Positions 48,549 through 58,102 of a stretch of DNA of 64,000 nucleotides are shown here, in pieces. The notes beneath the pieces were generated by a model. It was not told where the DNA came from, did no database searches, and saw nothing but the letters and a program-made list of their open reading frames with translations. The translations under genes and the position numbers were made by a program. Each line of letters starts with the position of its first letter. Position 1 is the stretch's first letter. Source of the stretch: Alphaproteobacteria bacterium (GTDB lineage Bacteria; Pseudomonadota; Alphaproteobacteria; Bin95); assembly GCA_963665325.3 (NCBI GenBank), contig CAXXWS020000002.1:448001-512000 (forward strand). Direction: 5' to 3'.

Positions 48549-49235
48549 TCACTGACGGCCGGCAGCCGCCGATATCTGTTCTCCGATCAGGGAATCGAGC
48601 TCGGAAATGCGGCCCTTAGCGGCCAGTTCGAGGGCCGCCAGGACGAAAGCCGGGCTTGCCGGCGCCAGGACAGCGGAGACTGTCAGCTCCTCCGGCCCGC
48701 CTGGAGCCTGGAGGTCGAGCAGAATGGCCTCCCTGGTGTTTCCGGCTATGTCCAGCCGCCACATTTCGGGAACGCCCAGACGGCGGTAGAAATCGGGTTT
48801 GTCCCCGTCTCCATGGCTGCGTTCGACCTCGATGACGAGATCGGGCGGCGTCCGGGCTTCGAAGTCCCGGACCTTGTCCGCTTCCCGCCGATCCGCCTCG
48901 ATCCAGCGGTCGGCCGTCGAGCCCAGATAGTAGCATGCGTCAGGTTCGGCGCCCGTGTTCTCCGGGTCGCCCGGAAGCCGCCACCGCGTCGATCCGAGAC
49001 CGATCGCATTGACCCCGAGGCTTCTGCCCATGGCATCCATGAACCGGTCGGCGCCCCGGCTGTAGCGCTCGTGCTCCGGAGACGGCGTCATCAGCGCTAC
49101 GAGCCCGCTCACAGGGTCGATAAAGACCCTCCTGGCGATAATGTCCCAGTCGAGCTTCGCGAGGAGCGGGATCGCTTCGGGATCGAGATGCAGGCGGGTG
49201 TATTCCGATCCCATGCTGCCGATGGTGCGTTCCAT
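48549..49235 (-). CDS. Uma2 (DUF820) PD-(D/E)xK nuclease-like protein
   Basis: M.PS.EHE, EPDACYY, PPDLVIEV, K..FY..LGVPE.W..D. Confidence 0.88.
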   Translation of the reverse strand: MERTIGSMGSEYTRLHLDPEAIPLLAKLDWDIIARRVFIDPVSGLVALMTPSPEHERYSRGADRFMDAMGRSLGVNAIGLGSTRWRLPGDPENTGAEPDACYYLGSTADRWIEADRREADKVRDFEARTPPDLVIEVERSHGDGDKPDFYRRLGVPEMWRLDIAGNTREAILLDLQAPGGPEELTVSAVLAPASPAFVLAALELAAKGRISELDSLIGEQISAAAGRQ

Positions 49236-49338
49236 GCCGGTTCTCCCGCTTGCAGGCGGCCGCTTTCACCCCGACATTACCGGTGAATTCGTCGCCGGGG
49301 AAATCCTGAAGCCGGGCGAACATGTACGGAAGCGGGCG

Positions 49339-50121
49339 CTATTGCAGCAGCCGCTTGATCCGGTCCTGCCAGGTCCGGGTATGAATGATCCTGTCTCGGT
49401 GCAGATTGCCTTCCAGGATTTCCGCCTTTGTCATTTGCGATACCCGATGCCAGTCCAGGTCGAAGACATAAGTGGCGTTGTCGAGCATGGCGCTCTCAAG
49501 GACTGCAAGCCCCCTGGTCCTGAATATGTATGCGACATAGGCTCTGAAGCCCCGTTCGCCGATGTAAATTTCATCGGGGCCGAAGGAGGCGAGTGTCTCG
49601 AGCCGTGACAGGACCGGGGCAGATGCGAGCGGATCGCCGGATTCGAGAATCCTGGTGACGCGTTGGTGGATCTGGCTCCACGGGTATTGGCCAGGAGGCA
49701 GGAGAGACCAGTTTGCGTTGCGGATCGTGGGCGACGGTTCCGCGCCGGCAGGCGGGAAAAGGCTGGGGGGTTGAGGCCTGTCCTTGGACTGTTCGCCGCC
49801 AGGGGCCTGGGTGGCCATGCCGAAATATTCGAGCCAGGAAGGGTCGAGAGTTTCCCTGGCGGTCGGCATCGTCTCGAGGACGAGGGAAACAAGGCGCCGG
49901 CCCTGGTCCCTGCAGTCGGGTGACGGGCAGATAGCAACCAGTCCCCAAGGATAGCGGCCGTCGGCAGCGGCTTTCCCGTCATGGGCCTCGATCCTGAACC
50001 AGCCGGGCTCGGCGTAGCATGTACGCCCGCAGAGCGAGCAGGACATGTGGCCGGAAACGGTCTGCTTTCCGAGAAGGGACTCGATTTCGTGCAGGCCGCG
50101 GGGGCATTCCAGTTTACGCAT
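49339..50121 (-). CDS. Hypothetical protein: N-terminal Cys cluster plus a globular C-terminal domain
   Basis: C/H/C/C ribbon; F..Y..Y.F...AVLES...NATYVF...W...S..TK.EIL...RIIH...W. Confidence 0.7.
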   Translation of the reverse strand: MRKLECPRGLHEIESLLGKQTVSGHMSCSLCGRTCYAEPGWFRIEAHDGKAAADGRYPWGLVAICPSPDCRDQGRRLVSLVLETMPTARETLDPSWLEYFGMATQAPGGEQSKDRPQPPSLFPPAGAEPSPTIRNANWSLLPPGQYPWSQIHQRVTRILESGDPLASAPVLSRLETLASFGPDEIYIGERGFRAYVAYIFRTRGLAVLESAMLDNATYVFDLDWHRVSQMTKAEILEGNLHRDRIIHTRTWQDRIKRLLQ

Positions 50122-50205
50122 GGAGTCGACCCGTCAGAGTGTCATTCGCCACTCATGCGGAATCGACCCAAATGCGGGCAAGGCGCCCGTCGAACTTCCT
50201 TTGCA

Positions 50206-51759
50206 TCACCTTCCCCGAACCTTGATCGTGCAATCCACGTACCCGCTTTCGTCTTGTTCCGCCCGCTGGAAACACCCCCTTATGGCCGAACCGTAGTGCT
50301 CCCAGATATGGTCCTTCCAGCCCAGGGTGGGGTCCGCCCGGGGCAGGAACGGCAAGCGGCTCTGGACCGCCGCGCCGCCGGCGAAGAAAACCAGCGCCAG
50401 CGCCGCCGCCGCCAGTGCCGTCCTTGCCACACGCCGGCGTCCCCGCCTGCGATCCACGGCGATGACGGCCGTCGAGCCCGACAGCATTTCCATCTGCGGG
50501 CCCATCTTCGCGCTCCATGCCTCGATCCTGTCCACGACGCCGCGAATGCCGTCCAGGTTCTCGGCCAGGTTGGCGACCGACTCCTCGCTGAGCCTGTTTC
50601 CCGCCCCGATTTCCTTCTCGGCTTCGGCGTCACTTTGCCTCCTGGCGTCCAATGTCGACTCGCCCGATCCCTCGGAACCGTCCTCCTCGTCTGCAGGGCT
50701 TTCCCGGTTCGCCTGCGGCCCCGTCTCCGGTTCGTCCCGGGCGGCCTCGGCGCGCTCTTCCCCGGCAGGGCTCACTTTACGGCTTCCCGACATCATCTCC
50801 TTGCCTAGCTTGACGGCCTTGCCTGCCACTCCCTTCGCGATATCGAGCCCCTTCTTTGCCTTTCCAGGTCGTGGGGCTGCCGTTTCCGCTTCGCCCGCCC
50901 CTCCTTCGCCTTCGCCTCGACCCGGCGCCCCGCGCTCGTCGTCATCGACATCGGCATCCGGATATCCGCTTGCAGCGTGCGCCCCGCCAGGCGCGTCGCG
51001 GCCTCTTTCCGTTCCGGTCCCGCTTTCAGCTTCCACGCGAGGCATCCCGGACCGGTCGGCGCCCCCGGCCGTCTCTGCAACCTCTCCGTAGCGGTCGGTC
51101 GCTCCAGACCCGGTCACCTTGGCGATCGCCCCGGCCAGAGCCGCATCCGTCTGGCCGTCGTCGGCTTGCCCTTCGGGGACAGCTTCCGGCTCCCGGCTCG
51201 TGTCCGGGCCTTGCCCTACACTTTCGATTTCCAAGCCATCATCCGGGTCCCGGTATTCTCCCTCGCCTTCCGACAGAATCAGGCCGGTCTCCGTGTCGTA
51301 TCTGTCGCCGGAGGGAGTCACCGACACAGCGCGCGTTCCGGCCCCGTCGCCGGCGCCCGGCGCCTCTTCCATGGCCGCGTCATTCGGCGGAGGTTCCGCT
51401 GCCCGTTCCGGCTCGGTGCTGTCCTGCGGGGCCGGGTTGTCGGCGTCCTCAGCCGGCGACGTTTCGACAGCGGTCTCCACACCCCCATCGCCGACCGCTT
51501 CGCTCAGGATTTTCCGCGCTGCCGTCCTCGCCTCTTCGAGGTTCATGTCTGCGTAGCGGGCGATCCGGATCCGGCGGCTCCGGACTTTCCCATCCTCCTG
51601 CCTCGTCCTGGCACTGACGATCCACGATTTTGTTCCCGAAGGCAGGATACGTAATCCGAAACCGGCCAAACCCTCGTCCCAGGCGACCCACTCCCTTTCC
51701 TTGGGCTTCAATGCATCGACGCTCGCCTGATCGAACTCAAACCTCCCTGACATCATCAC
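50206..51759 (-). CDS. Integrase arm-type DNA-binding domain, acidic linker, TM helix and small extracytoplasmic domain
   Basis: WD..L.GFGLRI.PSGTKSW...R..I..Y..M.LEEAR..A; no R-H-R-Y catalytic domain; TM segment ALAAAALALVFFAGGAAV. Confidence 0.8.
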   Translation of the reverse strand: MMMSGRFEFDQASVDALKPKEREWVAWDEGLAGFGLRILPSGTKSWIVSARTRQEDGKVRSRRIRIARYADMNLEEARTAARKILSEAVGDGGVETAVETSPAEDADNPAPQDSTEPERAAEPPPNDAAMEEAPGAGDGAGTRAVSVTPSGDRYDTETGLILSEGEGEYRDPDDGLEIESVGQGPDTSREPEAVPEGQADDGQTDAALAGAIAKVTGSGATDRYGEVAETAGGADRSGMPRVEAESGTGTERGRDAPGGAHAASGYPDADVDDDERGAPGRGEGEGGAGEAETAAPRPGKAKKGLDIAKGVAGKAVKLGKEMMSGSRKVSPAGEERAEAARDEPETGPQANRESPADEEDGSEGSGESTLDARRQSDAEAEKEIGAGNRLSEESVANLAENLDGIRGVVDRIEAWSAKMGPQMEMLSGSTAVIAVDRRRGRRRVARTALAAAALALVFFAGGAAVQSRLPFLPRADPTLGWKDHIWEHYGSAIRGCFQRAEQDESGYVDCTIKVRGR

Positions 51760-51801
51760 CTCCCGCTACAGCCTTTCGTCGCACAGTTCCGGCTCACGCT
51801 G

Positions 51802-52403
51802 GCGCGCCATGGAGCGGCCGTGGATTCCTGGAGCGCGCCCGTGGCGCTGGACCGCGCGCCATGGAGCGGCCGTGGATTCCTGGAGCGCGCCCGTGGCGCT
51901 GGACCGCGCGCCATGGAGCGGCCGTGGATTCCGTGGCGCGCGCCCGTGGGGCTGGCCCGCGCGCCATGGAGCGGCCGTGGATTCCTGGAGCGCGCCCGTG
52001 GGGCTGGCCGCGCGCCATGGAGCGGCCGTGGATTCCGTGGCGCGCGCCCGTGGGGCTGGCCCGCGCGCCATGGAGCGGCCGTGGATTCCTGGAGCGCGCC
52101 CGTGGCGCTGGACCGCGCGCCATGGAGCGGCCGTGGATTCCTGGAGCGCGCCCGTGGGGCTGGACCGCGCGCCATGGAGCGGCCGTGGATTCCTGGAGCG
52201 CGCCCGTGGGGCTGGCCGCGCGCCATGGAGCGGCCGTGGATTCCGTGGCGCGCGCCCGTGGGGCTGACCGCGCGCCATGGAGCGGCCGTGGATTCCGTGG
52301 CGCGCGCCCGTGGGGCTGACCGCGCGCCATGGAGCGGCCGTGGATTCCGTGGCGCGCGCCCGTGGGGCTGGCCGTGCGCCATGGAGCGGCCGTGGATTCC
52401 TGG
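51802..52403. repeat. Non-coding tandem array, 12 copies of a 51-53 bp unit
   Basis: Invariant core ccatggagcggccgtggattcc at 51807, 51859, 51911, 51964, 52015, 52068, 52120, 52172, 52223, 52275, 52327 and 52379. Confidence 0.97.
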
Positions 52404-52445
52404 GGCGCAGCCGGCTCCACTGCTTCGTCGGTTTTCCGCCGAGCC

Positions 52446-54488
52446 TCACTCTGCCGCTGCCGGCATGGACGCCGCCGGGCCGAGGCGCTTGCGTATCTTC
52501 CCGATTTCCTGCGCAAGGTCCCGGTCGAACCGGTCCAGTTCCGACATGGCCTCCCGCCGGCGCAGCAGTCCGGCTGCTTTGAGCTTCCGCTCCACATAGG
52601 GATTGGGATCGGCATCGCCTCGCAGCGCGGCATGCTCCCAGTAGCGGGTGATGGCGAGCCGCATGGCGTCCCTCGGGAGCTCCTTGGAGGCGGCGATCAC
52701 ATACTGCTCGTCCGGTTTCATCATCACCAGGTCCTCGGGGCGCACGATGCGCTCCTTGACGAGGTTGCGGCTGTCGCCGGTGGTGACCTTGTTGGCGGCG
52801 AGCAGGACCGAGCGGCCCATGGGCGTGCCGGAGGAGGTCTGGGTGTAGCCCTCGAAGGTGGCGTGGCCGATGGCCTTGGAGACTTCCTCCGCGCCGGCGG
52901 CGTCCGCGCGCGACCAGCCGAGGATCTGGACGACTTCGGAGAGGTCGATCATCTCCTGGCGGCGCTGCTTGCCCCAGCTGCCGTCGATCCCGGAGAGCGC
53001 CTGGGCGAAGGCCCAGAAATGGACGCCGCGCCCGGCGCCCGTCCTCCAGGCGTCCATGACGGGTTCGAGGTAGCCGACGGCCGGCATCTCGTCCATGACG
53101 ACCAGCATGTCCTTCTTCAGAGACCGGCGGGCGGCGACGGCGAACGGGATCGCGATCCAGAGCCTGAGCCAGGGGCGCGCCGCCTTGAGGACCTCCTCCG
53201 GCACCACGACGAAGATGTCCATGTTGCCTTCGGCCAGGTCGTGCGGATCGAATGTGCTGGCCGCCGTCTGCGCCTGGATCTTCGGATGCGCCAGGAACTG
53301 CATCTGGTTGGCGATCGTGGTGTAGTTCGAACCGCTCTCCTGCTTGCCGATGGCCTGCTCGGACTCCATGGCGCGGTGCGCGAGCCCGCCGGCGAACATG
53401 TCGCCCTCGAGGATCTGCGCCATCAGTGCGCTGCGCCTGTCGGGACCGGCCGAGAGGTTGTCGAACACGTGGGCCAGGTTCCGCTTCTCCTTCTCCGCCC
53501 CATAGGCCGCCCAGGCGATATGGCCGGAGATCAGGCGCTTGGCGCTCTCGTGGAAATGGCGGCTGTTGCCGCCGTCGTTCGCGGGCGGCGTGAGCAGGCC
53601 CTGGACGAGCACATCGACATCCTGGACGGCCTTCTCCTCGCCGCGCAGGAAATCGAGCGGGTTGTAGGTGTGCTTCTTCGCGAAGCGCGGCAGGTGGCAA
53701 TGGGGATGCTGTTCGCGGTGGCGGTCGATAACGCCATAGGGGTCGAGCAGGATGACCTCGCGGCCGAGCTCGCGCCGGCGGCGGGCGACGATCGGATAGA
53801 GCTCGCCGCGCGGGTCGATGGTGACGGTCGAGCCCTGCCAGCCGCGCCCGTGGGGGGCCAGCATGTTGGCGGCGATGAGCGCGCCCTTGCCGGTGCGGGG
53901 CGGGGCGATGGTGACGGCATGGCCCTCGAGCGGCCAGACGGCGAGCGGGGCGCGGCTGCCGGGCCCGGTCTGGCCGAGCAGGATGCCGTCCTGGCGCCGC
54001 GCGAGCTTCCGGAGATGGCGCGCGCCCATGAGCTTCGAGGCGCCGTGGAGCTCGGACTTCGACCGCCTGCGCCTGGCGATCCGCCCGGCGCCGGTGAGCG
54101 CGGTCAGCAGCGCTACCAGCCAGAGGAACCCGAGCAGGGGCGCGATGAGCAGCGGCGCCGCCAGCCGGAACGCGTCGATCGCCGCGCTGCCCTTGGCCAG
54201 CGCCAGGACCCCGCCGAACTCGCCGGCGAGCAGGAACGGCGCCGTGTCGATCGCGATCGACATGGCGGCGATGGCGGCCGTCGGTCCCCAGACGCCGATC
54301 TTCCAGCCGAGGCCGCCGCGCTTGAGCTCGGTGAACAGCAGCACGGCGAGCGAGGCCGCGGCCATGCCGGCAAGCGCCCAGCCCCGCAGCTCCGGATCGG
54401 GCCGTTCGGTCCAGAGCCACCAGACGAGGCCGGCGCCCGGAATGCCGGTCGCCAGCGCCAGGCCCAGATGGGTTGCAAATCCGCCCAT
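52446..54488 (-). CDS. virD4: Type IV coupling protein, VirD4/TraG family
   Basis: N-terminal TM helices, HGA motif, APPRTGKG Walker A, DPRGEL, YNPLD and VMDEM Walker B. Confidence 0.9.
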   Translation of the reverse strand: MGGFATHLGLALATGIPGAGLVWWLWTERPDPELRGWALAGMAAASLAVLLFTELKRGGLGWKIGVWGPTAAIAAMSIAIDTAPFLLAGEFGGVLALAKGSAAIDAFRLAAPLLIAPLLGFLWLVALLTALTGAGRIARRRRSKSELHGASKLMGARHLRKLARRQDGILLGQTGPGSRAPLAVWPLEGHAVTIAPPRTGKGALIAANMLAPHGRGWQGSTVTIDPRGELYPIVARRRRELGREVILLDPYGVIDRHREQHPHCHLPRFAKKHTYNPLDFLRGEEKAVQDVDVLVQGLLTPPANDGGNSRHFHESAKRLISGHIAWAAYGAEKEKRNLAHVFDNLSAGPDRRSALMAQILEGDMFAGGLAHRAMESEQAIGKQESGSNYTTIANQMQFLAHPKIQAQTAASTFDPHDLAEGNMDIFVVVPEEVLKAARPWLRLWIAIPFAVAARRSLKKDMLVVMDEMPAVGYLEPVMDAWRTGAGRGVHFWAFAQALSGIDGSWGKQRRQEMIDLSEVVQILGWSRADAAGAEEVSKAIGHATFEGYTQTSSGTPMGRSVLLAANKVTTGDSRNLVKERIVRPEDLVMMKPDEQYVIAASKELPRDAMRLAITRYWEHAALRGDADPNPYVERKLKAAGLLRRREAMSELDRFDRDLAQEIGKIRKRLGPAASMPAAAE

Positions 54489-54634
54489 GGCGTTCCTTCC
54501 TTCGGAGCTTGTCTGCATTTCCGGTCATGCGGTTGTTCCGGGGGCCGACCCCGACCCGACCCGTCAATCCGGGGCGGCCGAAGCCGCCCCGATCTCCTTT
54601 ATTTTCTTCATCGTGCTGCTCCAGTCGGCGATCT

Positions 54635-56956
54635 TCACAGCCCGTCATCCACGGGCGATTGCGGGCCCGGCCCCCCGCGGCCGGTCGGCAGCCGCCCGCC
54701 GCCGCGCCCTCTTTGACCGACCCGCATCGGTCCGACGCGCCCGAACGCGCCCGCGATGCCGCCGCCGAGGCGGTCGGCCTCGCCGTCCCTGCCGTCGCGC
54801 CCGCCGATCCAGTCCATGGCGATCGAGGGCAGGTGGTCGATCAGCTTGAAACAGCCGTTCATCAGCCCGTAGACGGTCATCAGGTAGATCGCCAACATGG
54901 CGAGCCAGCCGAGCACGCCGATCCCGTCCGAGGCGCCGGCGTCGAACACGAGGCCCCGGAACACGTCGTTGAAGGTGTCCATGATCGTGACGAACAGCAG
55001 GTAGCCAGTGACGAGGCCGAACAGCATCAGCACCGGGCGCAGGATCAGCCCGGGCAGGAAGAGCCAGCCCTGGCGGGTCGCCTGCGTGACGAACCCCTCG
55101 CCGCGCACGGTGTGGCCGGCGAGCCAGACCGGCATGGCGAACACGGCCGCGATGACGGCGACCAGCCAGGCGAGCAGGCCGAACAGGAACCGCAGGAACG
55201 GCAGCACCGGCACGAGATAGGCCAGCACCAGGCCGGCCAGGATCATCACGCCCAGTATGGTCGAGATGAAGCTGTCCATGACCTGCCATGCCGCCTCGAA
55301 CGCATCCAGCCCGCCGCCGATGAGCGGGATGGAGTTCAGCAGGTTCGATCCCGTCGCAAGGCCGCCGAGCAGCAGAATCGAGCCGAGCGCCTTGGTGACC
55401 AGGCTGTGTCCGAGCGAGACCAGGTCCAGGATCGGGTTGCCGCTGTCGACCAGCTGGATGTCCTCGATGTCGAGCCAGTCGAAGGAGCCGCGCCCGATCC
55501 CGCCGATGCCGCCGGAGCCGGGCGCGGGGTCCGCGCCGGCGCCCAGCACGGCCGGATATTCGAGCGAGCCGGCAAGCTGCTCGGCCGCCGCGGTCACCGC
55601 CGCGCTCGCCTGCGGGACGCGCTCGCCGAGCCGTGCGGACGGGCCCGCAACCCTCGGAATGCTTCCCGCGCCCAACTGGTATTCGCCGACATGGCGGGTT
55701 ATGGTCATGAACAGCGAGGCCGCGAGCGTCCAGGGGCTGTTCTTCGCCTCCTCCTGCAGCGCCTCTTCGAGCGCGTTCGTGGCCTCGTCCCGGGTCGAGT
55801 CCGCCGCCGCCCTCACGGTCGCCAGATACGTCCCGAGCGGATCGGCGCCGACCAGCAGCGCCTCGATATCGGGCAGCGGGCCGTCATTGCGCACCGTGCC
55901 GGGGGGTGCGGCAAACCATAGGGCCACCCGGTCCGCAATGGCGCCCAGCGCCGGACGGATGGCGTCGAACGCGGCGCTCTGGGCCTCCGCCATCTTTCCG
56001 CCTGGCGTCACGCCGCCGTCGAGGCCCGACAGCCTGACGCTGCCGCACATGCCCTTCGGCATGCCGCCGGCCTTGCCGTCATAGCTTAGCGTCCGGAAGC
56101 CCCGGCCCCTGTAGGCCCTTCTCTGCTGCTGCAGGGGGCTGGACCTCTGCGTCTCCGTCACCTCGACATAGGGCGGGTCGCCGACCTCCCGGGCCGCCAG
56201 GTTGGCGGTGCGCGCGCAGAGTTCCGCCAGGAAGATCCCCGCAATGGCGGCCCGGAGCGGGCGCTGGTGCGGCGCCGGCGCCACCATGGTCCCGTTGCCG
56301 AGCACGTCGCGGGAGAACTCGCCCCAGACGATCTGGGCGATATCGCCGCCGGTGCGGGCGAGCGAGAGCGCGATATGCTGGCCGCCGGAGAGCCCGCCGG
56401 CGAGCGGGACCATGAGCAGGAACGCGGCCACGATCCGGAGCGTCTCCTTGCCGGTGAACCCCCAGCGGCCCCGGCTTGCGGTATCGACCGTGCCGGCCGC
56501 CGTCCACCAGACGAGCAGCACGCCGGCGAGAACCAGGATCGCGCCGTTGTAGATCGTCAGCATGCCGGAGAGCGCGGTATTGTTGCCGGCATCGAGATCG
56601 GAGAGGAACGCCAGCAGGGCGCGTCCCGCTTGATCGGGCTCGCCCGACAGGTCCGGGACGGGCGGTGTCTGGGCCTCCGCCGGCGAGGACCCTGTCCACA
56701 TGGCGAGCGCGGCCATGGCGATCCATATCAGCCCGGCGAGCGCCATGGCGACGCCGAGCCAGCCGAGCGGCCCGCGCGGGCGCGGCAGTCCGCTCTTGCC
56801 GCGCCGACGTGGCAGTCCGCCTCCCGCTCCCTGCGGCCGTCGCAGGCCGCCGGATATCGTGCGCAGCAGGCCGGCGGCGTCCCCGAGCGCCCGCGCGGCC
56901 GGGCCGAACAGATCGGGCAGCAGGATATAGCGGGCGAGGGAGGGACGGCGCGCCAT
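54635..56956 (-). CDS. DotA/TraY-family membrane protein
   Basis: T..TA..G...LR...A..L..P..GG.S..Q; C-terminal L.Y.VP.LPF..F, P.W...H and RP.LM.FG..L...P...WIG motifs. Confidence 0.85.
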   Translation of the reverse strand: MARRPSLARYILLPDLFGPAARALGDAAGLLRTISGGLRRPQGAGGGLPRRRGKSGLPRPRGPLGWLGVAMALAGLIWIAMAALAMWTGSSPAEAQTPPVPDLSGEPDQAGRALLAFLSDLDAGNNTALSGMLTIYNGAILVLAGVLLVWWTAAGTVDTASRGRWGFTGKETLRIVAAFLLMVPLAGGLSGGQHIALSLARTGGDIAQIVWGEFSRDVLGNGTMVAPAPHQRPLRAAIAGIFLAELCARTANLAAREVGDPPYVEVTETQRSSPLQQQRRAYRGRGFRTLSYDGKAGGMPKGMCGSVRLSGLDGGVTPGGKMAEAQSAAFDAIRPALGAIADRVALWFAAPPGTVRNDGPLPDIEALLVGADPLGTYLATVRAAADSTRDEATNALEEALQEEAKNSPWTLAASLFMTITRHVGEYQLGAGSIPRVAGPSARLGERVPQASAAVTAAAEQLAGSLEYPAVLGAGADPAPGSGGIGGIGRGSFDWLDIEDIQLVDSGNPILDLVSLGHSLVTKALGSILLLGGLATGSNLLNSIPLIGGGLDAFEAAWQVMDSFISTILGVMILAGLVLAYLVPVLPFLRFLFGLLAWLVAVIAAVFAMPVWLAGHTVRGEGFVTQATRQGWLFLPGLILRPVLMLFGLVTGYLLFVTIMDTFNDVFRGLVFDAGASDGIGVLGWLAMLAIYLMTVYGLMNGCFKLIDHLPSIAMDWIGGRDGRDGEADRLGGGIAGAFGRVGPMRVGQRGRGGGRLPTGRGGPGPQSPVDDGL

Positions 56957-56962
56957 GGCGGA

Positions 56963-58102
56963 TCAGTTCGCCCCCGCCCGTCCGGCGACCCTGCGGTCGC
57001 GGTCGATCCGCGCCGCCAGCATCGCGGCCTGGATGGCGAGGCGGCGCTCCTCCAGGCGGAACCGCTCGCGGTCGAGCAGCAGCGAGGCCGCAAGCAGCGA
57101 GGCGGTCTCGCGCAAGAGCGCCTCGCCGCCCATGGACTGGAGCTCCGTCCACCAGGCCGTGCGCTCGAACCGTTTCGCGGCCAGCAGGTCGACCAGCTCC
57201 AGCCGGCTGACAGCCGCTTCCGGATCGCGGTCCGGATCGACCGCCGCCGCCCAGGCGCCGAGTTCGGGTCCGGGCGCCCTGAGCGCGCGCAGATGGCCGA
57301 GCGCCTCGGCCGCCAGCGCGCGCCGGGCGGCGGCCGACCGCGAGGCCATGACGCGCGCGCGCTCCGAGGCGGAGTCGACGGCGCCGAGCGGCTCGGGGTC
57401 CTCGACCGCCGGCACGGTCAGGTTGCGGGAGAGGTCGATCGCCGCCTGCAGCTCGTTTTCCGAGGCGAAGGTCTCGACGCCGAACAGGCTGTCGGGGCGC
57501 AAGTCCGCGCCATGGTCCTCGGACGCGCCCGAGCAGGCCGCGCTCTGGAGCGGCGCGCGGTCCGGGCTGCACCAGCGCTCCAGGATGCGCCGGTAGCGCT
57601 CGGCGCTGTCGGTGGCGGCTGCCGGTGCCGATCCCGTCGCCCGGTCGCCGGCGATGCGGCCGGTCTCGGAGACGGCGGCCGCGCGGCCCGCGAGTCGGCT
57701 CGCGGCGCGCGCCTGGGCGAGGCCCTCCGCGCCGGTGGTCACGGTGCAGGCCGAGCGCGAGGGCCGGCGCGCGACCTGCGCCTTCACCTCGGCCGCCTCG
57801 CGCTCGGTCTGCGCGCGCACCGCGGCATGGCTGTCGATCGCCGTGGTGATCGCCTTCGCGCTCTGCGCGATGTAGCCCGACTGCTGGCCGGTCTGCCTCA
57901 CCAGCGCGTCATGGATGGTGCGTTCCAGGATCGCGATGCGGGCGTTCACCCTGGTGATCACCCGGCTCGCCTCGCTCACCGTCTTCCAGGTCGGCGTGCA
58001 TTTGCCACCGCCGCCGAAGAACGCCTCCGCTGGCGTGGCGGCGAGCGCCCAGGCCGCGACAATTGCCGCCCCGGCCGTCAGGAACCGCGCCGTCCTGCTC
58101 AT
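56963..58102 (-). CDS. Secreted transfer protein (TraW/IcmX-like by position)
   Basis: Signal peptide; helical; RF...W..EL..M...LLRE; directly upstream of dotA. Confidence 0.6.
   Translation of the reverse strand: MSRTARFLTAGAAIVAAWALAATPAEAFFGGGGKCTPTWKTVSEASRVITRVNARIAILERTIHDALVRQTGQQSGYIAQSAKAITTAIDSHAAVRAQTEREAAEVKAQVARRPSRSACTVTTGAEGLAQARAASRLAGRAAAVSETGRIAGDRATGSAPAAATDSAERYRRILERWCSPDRAPLQSAACSGASEDHGADLRPDSLFGVETFASENELQAAIDLSRNLTVPAVEDPEPLGAVDSASERARVMASRSAAARRALAAEALGHLRALRAPGPELGAWAAAVDPDRDPEAAVSRLELVDLLAAKRFERTAWWTELQSMGGEALLRETASLLAASLLLDRERFRLEERRLAIQAAMLAARIDRDRRVAGRAGAN

Larger units (their letters stand above)
44534..50170. mobile_element. Non-autonomous Tn3-family unit bounded by 38-bp inverted repeats
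   Basis: IRL 44534-44571 GGGGTCGTTTACGGATGAGTGGCAAATGACACTCTAAG; IRR 50133-50170 matches at 31/38; resolvase present; no transposase and no TSD; lower GC than flanks. Confidence 0.72.

Noticed and set aside
44529-50175. 5-bp target-site duplication around the Tn3-like unit
   Set aside because: The flanks gatcc and aatgc do not match, so a clean recent insertion is not supported
50206-51759. Tyrosine integrase
   Set aside because: Only the arm-binding domain is present; there is no core-binding or R-H-R-Y catalytic domain
51802-52403. CRISPR array
   Set aside because: The sequence between the conserved cores is itself repeated with only 1-3 nt variants, so there are no unique spacers; no cas genes in the window
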